64,000 nt of DNA from Escherichia coli (GTDB taxonomy: Bacteria > Pseudomonadota > Gammaproteobacteria > Enterobacterales > Enterobacteriaceae): assembly GCF_030013205.1 (NCBI RefSeq), contig NZ_CP122648.1. The stretch is one strand, 5' to 3'. Positions 57,088 through 64,000 of this stretch are shown here, piece by piece (position 1 is the stretch's first letter; each line of letters opens with the position of its first letter). The position numbers and the translations under genes are program-made. Below the pieces are notes generated by a model. That model did not search any database, was not told the origin of the DNA, and was given only the letters and a program-made list of their open reading frames with translations.

Positions 57088-58248
57088 CTACAGCTGGCGC
57101 AGGCGTTCAGCGGCTGCCAGCAACGTCGATTCCTTCTTGGCAAAACAGAGACGAATCAGTTTATGGGGGAAGGGATCGGCGCAAAACACCGACAGCGGAA
57201 TCGCCGCTACACCGTGCTCCCGCGTCAGCCACTGGCAAAACTCAACATCATCCAGCGTAGACACGGCGCTGTAATTCACCAGCAAAAAGTATGTACCTTC
57301 GCACGGTAAAATCTCCAGCCGGCTTTCACTTAAGGCATTCACCAGAATATCGCGTTTTTGGCGATAAAAGTCCGGTAACGCAAGATAATGCTCAGGTTCT
57401 GCACGTAGCATATCCGCAAGTGCCAGCTGTGCCGGGGTATTCACCGAAAAGGTCAGATACTGGTGTACCTTGCGAATTTCAGCGCTGATGGGCGCTGGCG
57501 CAACGCAATAACCCACTTTCCAGCCGGTCATATGATAGGTCTTGCCAAATGAAGAAACTGCCACCGCCCGCTCACGCAGCTGCGGATGCGCCAGCACGCT
57601 GGCATGGCCCTGTTGTGAAAAGTTGATGTGCTCGTAAACTTCATCGCTAATGACAAAAATCTCGTGCCCGGCAATTGCCTGCCACAAAGCGGCGAAATCA
57701 GCCTGCTGCCAGACAGTTGCACTGGGGTTATGCGGGGTGTTGAGGATCACCTGTCGGGTGCGCTCGCTTAACAATGCGGCAAATTCCTGCCAGTCCACGC
57801 GAAAATGCGGTGGTTGCAGTGCAATACGTTTCACTATTCCCCCCGAAAGCGCGATGGCGGGCGCGTAACTGTCATAGCTGGGATCAAAGCAGATCACTTC
57901 ATCACCATTGCGCACCAATGCGGTAATCGCTGCATATAACGCTTCCGTCGCCCCTGCCGTTACGGTGATATCACTATCGGCATCCGGTTGATAGCCATAC
58001 AGACGTTCCGTTTTCTGAGCAATCGCCTCGCGCAAGGCCTGCACGCCAGTCATAGGCGCGTATTGGTTTGCCCCCTGGTCAACATGGTACGCCAGCCGCT
58101 CCTGCAAATAGCGCGGACCATCAAAATCAGGAAAGCCTTGCGACAGGTTAATCGCCTGGTGTTGCTGCGCCAACGCGCTCATCTGGGTGAAAATAGTGGT
58201 GCCAAGTTGTGGAAGTTTGCTTTGTGGAATCAGAGGGTTATTTGTCAT
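57088..58248 (-). CDS. ybdL: methionine aminotransferase YbdL (PLP-dependent)
   Basis: 386 aa; PLP-lysine context SSFGKTYHMTGWKVGY; its stop codon abuts the ybdM stop. Confidence 0.9.
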   Translation of the reverse strand: MTNNPLIPQSKLPQLGTTIFTQMSALAQQHQAINLSQGFPDFDGPRYLQERLAYHVDQGANQYAPMTGVQALREAIAQKTERLYGYQPDADSDITVTAGATEALYAAITALVRNGDEVICFDPSYDSYAPAIALSGGIVKRIALQPPHFRVDWQEFAALLSERTRQVILNTPHNPSATVWQQADFAALWQAIAGHEIFVISDEVYEHINFSQQGHASVLAHPQLRERAVAVSSFGKTYHMTGWKVGYCVAPAPISAEIRKVHQYLTFSVNTPAQLALADMLRAEPEHYLALPDFYRQKRDILVNALSESRLEILPCEGTYFLLVNYSAVSTLDDVEFCQWLTREHGVAAIPLSVFCADPFPHKLIRLCFAKKESTLLAAAERLRQL

Positions 58249-58355
58249 TTTTTATTGTGCCTGACGAAGTTGTGTTGAAGGCACTATAACACGATGCTAG
58301 TATTTGGCAATCAAGACGTTTAGATGTCTAAATAAAACAATAAGGACAACACAAC

Positions 58356-59444
58356 ATGCCTCACAATCCTATCCGCGTGGTCGTAGGCCCGGCTAACTAC
58401 TTTTCACATCCAGGAAGTTTCAATCACCTGCACGATTTTTTCACTGATGAACAACTTTCTCGCGCGGTGTGGATCTACGGCGAACGCGCCATTGCTGCGG
58501 CGCAAACAAAACTTCCGCCAGCGTTTGAACTGCCAGGGGCAAAGCATTTTTTGTTTCGCGGTCATTGCAGCGAAAGCGGTGTACAACAACTGGCGGCTGA
58601 CTCCGGTGACGATCGCAGCGTGGTGATTGGCGTCGGCGGCGGCGCACTGCTCGACACCGCAAAAGCCCTCGCCCGCCGTCTCGGTCTGCCGTTTGTTGCC
58701 GTTCCGACGATAGCCGCTACCTGCGCCGCCTGGACACCGCTCTCCGTCTGGTATAACGATGCCGGACAGGCGCTGCATTTTGAGATTTTCGACGACGCCA
58801 ATTTTATGGTGCTGGTGGAACCAGAGATTATCCTCAATGCGCCGCAACAATATCTGCTGGCGGGGATCGGTGACACGCTGGCGAAATGGTATGAAGCGGT
58901 GGTGCTGGCTCCGCAACCAGAAACGTTGCCGCTAACCGTGCGGCTGGGGATCAATAATGCGCAGGCCATTCGCGACGTCTTGTTAAACAGTAGCGAACAG
59001 GCGCTTGCCGATCAGCAAAATCACCAGTTAACGCAATCATTTTGCGATGTGGTGGATGCCATTATTGCTGGTGGTGGGATGGTCGGTGGTCTGGGCGATC
59101 GTTTTACGCGTGTGGCGGCGGCCCATGCCGTGCATAACGGTCTGACCGTTTTGCCGCAAACCGAGAAGTTTCTCCACGGCACCAAAGTCGCCTACGGAAT
59201 TCTGGTGCAAAGCGCCTTGCTGGGTCAGGATGATGTGCTGGCGCAATTAACTGGAGCGTATCAGCGTTTTCATCTGCCGACTACGCTGGCGGAGCTGGAA
59301 GTGGATATCAATAATCAGGCGGAGATCGACAAAGTGATTGCCCACACCTTGCGTCCGGTGGAATCCATTCATTACCTGCCAGTCACGCTGACACCAGATA
59401 CGTTGCGTGCAGCGTTCGAAAAAGTGGAATCGTTTAAAGCCTGA
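58356..59444 (+). CDS. ybdH: glycerol-dehydrogenase-like (iron-ADH family) oxidoreductase YbdH
   Basis: 362 aa; GVGGGALLDTAK nucleotide-binding motif. Confidence 0.9.
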   Translation: MPHNPIRVVVGPANYFSHPGSFNHLHDFFTDEQLSRAVWIYGERAIAAAQTKLPPAFELPGAKHFLFRGHCSESGVQQLAADSGDDRSVVIGVGGGALLDTAKALARRLGLPFVAVPTIAATCAAWTPLSVWYNDAGQALHFEIFDDANFMVLVEPEIILNAPQQYLLAGIGDTLAKWYEAVVLAPQPETLPLTVRLGINNAQAIRDVLLNSSEQALADQQNHQLTQSFCDVVDAIIAGGGMVGGLGDRFTRVAAAHAVHNGLTVLPQTEKFLHGTKVAYGILVQSALLGQDDVLAQLTGAYQRFHLPTTLAELEVDINNQAEIDKVIAHTLRPVESIHYLPVTLTPDTLRAAFEKVESFKA

Positions 59445-59453
59445 CGTACATAT

Positions 59454-59651
59454 TTAGCAGCAGCGCGCGCCGCCTTTTCCACCGTAGCGCGCGTCCTGCC
59501 GCTCACGGAAAAACTCCTCGTAGGTCATCGGCGTTTGATCGGGATGGTTAACCCGCATATGTTCGACATAGTTGTCGTAATCAGGCATACCAATCATCAG
59601 TTTCGCCGCCTGACCTAAATATTTTCCGGCTTTTGCCAGTGAATCAAACAT
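59454..59651 (-). CDS. ybdD: small DUF466 protein YbdD (co-transcribed with cstA)
   Basis: 65 aa [65 protein letters not shown]; the track ORF is 1 codon longer. Confidence 0.85.
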   Translation of the reverse strand: MFDSLAKAGKYLGQAAKLMIGMPDYDNYVEHMRVNHPDQTPMTYEEFFRERQDARYGGKGGARCC

Positions 59652-59716
59652 CAATACCTCCGGTAAACAGGTTGCTGAGAGAGTGCATTAATAGCTATCA
59701 ACGCACTTGGTCAGTC

Positions 59717-59786
59717 CCCTCGCCCCATCGGGGAGAGGGTTAGGGTGAGGGGGAACTCTCGGAGCCATGCCAACATTCCCCCTCAC
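59717..59786. repeat. compound palindromic element in the cstA-ybdD spacer
   Basis: Two adjacent inverted repeats: CCCCTCGCCCC-ATC-GGGGAGAGGG (59717-59739) and GTGAGGGGGAA-N20-TTCCCCCTCAC (59745-59786). Confidence 0.5.
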
Positions 59787-59793
59787 TCTGACT

Positions 59794-61899
59794 TTAGTGC
59801 GCGCCTTTCGCCTGCGCCACGATCTCCTCGACATTTTCCGGCATCGGCTCATATGGCGTTTCTTTCGCCGTTGGCTTCGGCTCTTTCAATGCCGCAAGTG
59901 CCGTCTTAATCGAGAACAGTGCCAGAACCACCACGACCACCATAAAGAAGATGGTTAACCCGGCATCCAGACGGTTGTTGAACACCAGTTGCGCCAGCTG
60001 TGACTCAGTATACTGCGATGGAATATTGCCGCTGTCGATCATTGCCTGGAACTTGTTAGCAATCGCCAGGAAGCCGACTTTCGCATCCGGGCTAAACGCT
60101 TTCTGCCAGCCTGCGGTCAGGGTACAAATCAGCAGCCAGGCCGTTGGTACCAGCGCCACCCAGGCGTAACGTTGACGTTTCATTTTGAACAACACTACGG
60201 CACAGAGCATCAGCGCCATCCCTGCCAGCATCTGGTTGGCAATACCAAACAGCGGCCACAGAGTGTTAATACCGCCCAGCGGATCGACCACTCCCTGATG
60301 GAGGAAGTAGCCCCACGCCAGTACGCACAGCGCCGTTGCCAGCAGGTTAGCAGGCAGTGAATCGGTCCGTTTCAGGCCCGGAGACACCACGCCCAGCAGA
60401 TCCTGCAACATAAAGCGCGCAGCACGCGTACCTGCATCCACCGCCGTCAGAATAAACAGTGCTTCAAACAAAATGGCGAAGTGATACCAGAACGCCACAT
60501 CCATCATGCCGCCCAGCGCGCCGTGCAGAATGTAGGCCATCCCCACCGCCAGCGTCGGCGCACCGCCCGCACGGGAAATGATCGACTGTTCACCCACTTC
60601 GCTGGCAATCTGGTTGAGCGTATCTGGTGTAATGCTAAATCCCCAGCTACTCACCACTTGCGCTGCAGAAGCGACCACATCCGCCGTACCTGCCGGAGCC
60701 AGCACCGCCATCGGGCTGTTCATAGCGAAGTACACACCCGGATCGATGATACAGGCGGAAACCAGCGCCATAATCGCTACGAAGGATTCCATTAACATCC
60801 CGCCGTAGCCGATAAAACACGCCTGCCCTTCGTTCGCCAGCATCTTCGGCGTGGTACCGGAAGAGATCAGCGCATGGAAGCCAGACACCGCGCCACAAGC
60901 GATGGTGATAAACAGGAACGGGAACAGGTTACCGGTCCATACCGGGCCAGTGCCATCGACAAATTTAGTTAGCGCAGGCATGGTCAGCGTCGGGCGCATA
61001 ATCAAAATGCCTACCGCCAGACCGACGATGGTCCCGATTTTCAGGAAGGTTGAGAGGTAGTCGCGCGGGGCCAGCAACAGCCACACCGGCAGCACCGCCG
61101 CCACAAAACCGTAACCCACCAGCATCCAGGTCAGCTGCACGCCGGTAAAGTCAAAGTACGGTGCCCAGGTCGGACTTTCTGCCACCCAGCCGCCAGAGAT
61201 AATGGCGAAAATCAGGAACACCAGGCCGATGACCGACACTTCGCCAATACGCCCCGGACGCAGATAGCGCAGGTAGATCCCCATAAACAGCGCCAGCGGA
61301 ATAGTGAACGCAACGGTATACGTTCCCCACGGGCTATGAGTCAGGGCTTTCACCACGATCATCGCCAGCACGGCAAGGATAATGACCATGATCATAAAGC
61401 AGGCCACCAGCGCTATCACCCCGGCGGTTGGCCCCATCTCTTCTTTGACCAGCTCACCCAGCGAGCGACCATCGCGGCGCGTAGAAACAAACAGCACCAT
61501 GAAATCCTGCACCGCACCGGCGAGAACCACCCCGGCGAGCAGCCAGATCATCCCCGGCAGGTAGCCCATTTGCGCTGCCAGCACCGGCCCAACCAGCGGA
61601 CCTGCTCCGGCAATGGCCGCAAAATGGTGACCGAACAGCACTTTCTTGTCCGTCGGCACATAGTCCAGCCCGTCGTTATGGCGCACCGCTGGCGTCATAC
61701 GCGTCGGGTCAACCGCCAGCACATTTTTGGCGATATACAGACCATAAAAACGGTAAGCGATCAGATAGATACAGACCGACGCCACCACAATCCACAGCGC
61801 GTTGATCTGTTCCCCACGATTTAAAGCAATATATCCCAGAGCAAATGCTCCCATTACAGAGAGCACTGTCCAGACGAGGTATTTCCCTGATTTGTTCAT
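59794..61899 (-). CDS. cstA: carbon starvation protein A (peptide/pyruvate transporter)
   Basis: 701-aa polytopic membrane protein. Confidence 0.95.
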   Translation of the reverse strand: MNKSGKYLVWTVLSVMGAFALGYIALNRGEQINALWIVVASVCIYLIAYRFYGLYIAKNVLAVDPTRMTPAVRHNDGLDYVPTDKKVLFGHHFAAIAGAGPLVGPVLAAQMGYLPGMIWLLAGVVLAGAVQDFMVLFVSTRRDGRSLGELVKEEMGPTAGVIALVACFMIMVIILAVLAMIVVKALTHSPWGTYTVAFTIPLALFMGIYLRYLRPGRIGEVSVIGLVFLIFAIISGGWVAESPTWAPYFDFTGVQLTWMLVGYGFVAAVLPVWLLLAPRDYLSTFLKIGTIVGLAVGILIMRPTLTMPALTKFVDGTGPVWTGNLFPFLFITIACGAVSGFHALISSGTTPKMLANEGQACFIGYGGMLMESFVAIMALVSACIIDPGVYFAMNSPMAVLAPAGTADVVASAAQVVSSWGFSITPDTLNQIASEVGEQSIISRAGGAPTLAVGMAYILHGALGGMMDVAFWYHFAILFEALFILTAVDAGTRAARFMLQDLLGVVSPGLKRTDSLPANLLATALCVLAWGYFLHQGVVDPLGGINTLWPLFGIANQMLAGMALMLCAVVLFKMKRQRYAWVALVPTAWLLICTLTAGWQKAFSPDAKVGFLAIANKFQAMIDSGNIPSQYTESQLAQLVFNNRLDAGLTIFFMVVVVVLALFSIKTALAALKEPKPTAKETPYEPMPENVEEIVAQAKGAH

Positions 61900-62079
61900 A
61901 GTTGTTATCCGTGTGCGTGTCCATAGAGATGTTACATTTTGTTTCTATAACATCTTTGTGCAATTTAACAACACAGCAACTATGTAAATCCGAGTTGAAA
62001 CCAATATTTAACTTAACAATGTTAACTCGATCACTCCGTTAACCGAGTTTTCCTGCAATCTCATATAATTCTGTCGGGT

Positions 62080-62493
62080 TCATCCCAAAACTGCCGTACC
62101 CAGCCGACAAGTGCAGCAACGCCGCCCCTGTTCATCGAAAACGACGATTTCCCAGCTCTGATTTTGCCGCCCAAGATGCAACGGCTGGCAGACGCCGCGT
62201 ACCTTGCCTTCAGACACCGGGCGATGATGGGTGGCGTTAAGTTCCGTGCCCACCACACACTGTCCGTCGCAGGTCATCATAAATCCGGCCATCGATCCCA
62301 GCGTTTCCGCCAGCGCCGCCGACGCGCCGCCATGCAGCAGGCCAAACGGCTGATGAGTACGGGTATCAACCGGCATTTCGGCTTCCAGCACATCATCGTC
62401 CAGACGGGTGTAAACGATTCCCAGATGCGCCACCATTGTGTTATCGCTGGTGGCGTTCAGCTCGTCGAGCGTTAAATGGCGTTTCCAGATCAT
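62080..62493 (-). CDS. entH: proofreading hotdog-fold thioesterase EntH (YbdB)
   Basis: 137-aa ORF directly downstream of entA. Confidence 0.9.
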   Translation of the reverse strand: MIWKRHLTLDELNATSDNTMVAHLGIVYTRLDDDVLEAEMPVDTRTHQPFGLLHGGASAALAETLGSMAGFMMTCDGQCVVGTELNATHHRPVSEGKVRGVCQPLHLGRQNQSWEIVVFDEQGRRCCTCRLGTAVLG

Positions 62494-62495
62494 GC

Positions 62496-63242
62496 TTATG
62501 CCCCCAGCGTTGAGCCGCCATCGACCACAATATCCTGTAGGGTGATATGGCTGGCGAGATCAGAGGCGAGGAACAAAATCGTATTGGCGATCTCCTGTGG
62601 ACGGGCGATTTTCCCCAGCGGAATGCCGAGTTTAAACTGCTCGCCAAAGCCGCGAATACGCTGCTCTTCGGCGTCATCGCTCACCCACAGCGTGCGTTGC
62701 ATATCGGTGTCGGTGGAACCCGGCGAAACCACATTACAGCGCACGCCGCTACCCGCCAGTTCCAGCCCAACGCTCAACGCCAGGCTTTTCAGCGCCGCTT
62801 TCGACGCGCCATAAGCACTCATACCAATGCGCGGCGTGTGTGCGGCGTCGGACGCAACAGTAACAATCGCCCCGCCCCGCTGACGGCGAAACTGGTTCAT
62901 GGTCTGCTGGAACAGGTTAAACGCACCACCGACATTGACCGCAAAAGTCTGCTGCCAGTCCTCCTTACTGAGCTGATCGGTCGCGCCCATGCGCAAAATT
63001 CCCGCCGCATTGACCAGCACGTCCAGTCGCTCCGTTTCAGCTAACAGTCGCTGACATACCTGCGCCACCTGCGCAGCATCGGCAACATCCATCACTTCGG
63101 TCGCAAAGGGATATTGCTCCTGAGCGAACGCTTGATCAAAACCAGTGACTTTCGCTCCCGCCTCAACAAACGCCAGCGCCGTGGCGTAGCCGATACCTTT
63201 CCCTGCGCCAGTTACCCAGACATTTTTACCGCTGAAATCCAT
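62496..63242 (-). CDS. entA: 2,3-dihydro-2,3-dihydroxybenzoate dehydrogenase
   Basis: 248 aa from [20 protein letters not shown] (SDR Rossmann motif); the track ORF is 10 codons longer. Confidence 0.95.
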   Translation of the reverse strand: MDFSGKNVWVTGAGKGIGYATALAFVEAGAKVTGFDQAFAQEQYPFATEVMDVADAAQVAQVCQRLLAETERLDVLVNAAGILRMGATDQLSKEDWQQTFAVNVGGAFNLFQQTMNQFRRQRGGAIVTVASDAAHTPRIGMSAYGASKAALKSLALSVGLELAGSGVRCNVVSPGSTDTDMQRTLWVSDDAEEQRIRGFGEQFKLGIPLGKIARPQEIANTILFLASDLASHITLQDIVVDGGSTLGA

Positions 63243-64000
63243 TATTTCACCTCGCGGGAAAGTAGCTTCCACCAGGCGTCGATGGTCGGGTTTTTCGCCA
63301 GCATGACAAAGTCGATATCGCCATGCACTTTGCGCCAGCGCGCCGCCAGCGCCATCATGCGCACCGAATCCAGACCGTAGTCGATCAGGTTGTCGTCATC
63401 GAACGGTTCATCGGACTCGTCCAGCAACGGCAGGATCACCTCACGCAGCGCCGCTTTGCTGGCGGGGATAGGTGCTGGCAGTAATTCTTCGGTCATCACC
63501 ACCCGGCCAGAACGTCCGGCCACATATTTCAGCGACATCAAATGCTCGTCACGGCTGAAATCGGCCAGCGCATCTGCCACCATAAACGGTTTAATATCGC
63601 GCATAAATGCGTCGGTTGCGGTGGTCATACAGCCAATGTGGGCATATACCCCGGTAATAATCAGCTGGTTACGTCCACTCTCTTTCAGCATTTGCTCCAG
63701 CGGGGAACGATGAAACGCGCTGTAGCGCCACTTCACCAGCACCGTGTCGTCGGCATCTGGCGTCAGGCTATCCACCACCTTTTGCTGTTCCGGCGAACGG
63801 GTCAGGCCAGGCCCCCACATATCATTCAACAGCGCCCGATCTTCATCGCTCTGCTCTTTCGGCTGGGCGGTGTAATAAACCGGGATATTGTGCTGTTTGC
63901 AGTAGTCGCGTAGTGCCGCAATATTCGCGATCACCTGCTCCATCATCGGGCAGTTCTCGCCCCAGAAGCTGACAAAATAGTCCTGCATATCATGGATTAA
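63242..64000 (-). CDS. entB: isochorismatase / aryl carrier protein EntB, C-terminal part (5' end beyond window)
   Basis: Open to the window edge; ..MQDYFVSFWGENCPMMEQVIANIAALRDY.. and C-terminal ArCP (..DYGLDSVRMMALAARWRK..); stop overlaps the entA start by 1 nt. Confidence 0.9.
   Translation of the reverse strand, partial: LIHDMQDYFVSFWGENCPMMEQVIANIAALRDYCKQHNIPVYYTAQPKEQSDEDRALLNDMWGPGLTRSPEQQKVVDSLTPDADDTVLVKWRYSAFHRSPLEQMLKESGRNQLIITGVYAHIGCMTTATDAFMRDIKPFMVADALADFSRDEHLMSLKYVAGRSGRVVMTEELLPAPIPASKAALREVILPLLDESDEPFDDDNLIDYGLDSVRMMALAARWRKVHGDIDFVMLAKNPTIDAWWKLLSREVK

Noticed and set aside
59767-59958. 63-aa plus-strand ORF spanning the cstA-ybdD palindromic element and the cstA 3' end
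   Set aside because: Overlaps the cstA coding sequence antisense, and its N-terminal codons are simply the GC-rich palindrome.

Overview
This 64-kb window is ordinary, densely packed core chromosome of an Escherichia coli/Shigella-type genome, not an accessory island. It is collinear with, but inverted relative to, the K-12 interval nagA to entB (roughly min 13-15). Gene order: nagA(partial)-nagC-nagD, asnB, a six-gene tRNA operon (Met-Leu-Gln-Gln-Met-Gln), ubiF, miaB-ybeZ-ybeY-corC-lnt, gltIJKL (with the SroC sRNA locus), rihA, ybeL, leuS-lptE-holA-nadD-cobC, rsfS-rlmH-mrdA-mrdB-rlpA, dacA-ybeD-lipB, ybeF, lipA, tatE, ybeM, crcB, cspE, pagP, dcuC, dpiBA, citCDEFXG-citT, rna, rnk, uspG, ahpCF, dsbG, ybdO-ybdN-ybdM, ybdL, ybdH, ybdD-cstA, entH-entA-entB(partial). 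The only mobile element is one IS200-family insertion between uspG and ahpF. I recognised no CRISPR array, prophage, integron, restriction-modification or toxin-antitoxin cassette, and no clearly novel system. The least-understood module is the ybdO-ybdN-ybdM trio (AT-rich LysR regulator, PP-loop ATP-pyrophosphatase-like protein, ParB/Srx-like protein). Several strain-specific differences from K-12 are flagged, but they rest on my recollection of the K-12 map and were not computed. Coordinates come from reading the sequence and the supplied ORF track; all homology statements are from memory of E. coli proteins and motifs, not from database searches.
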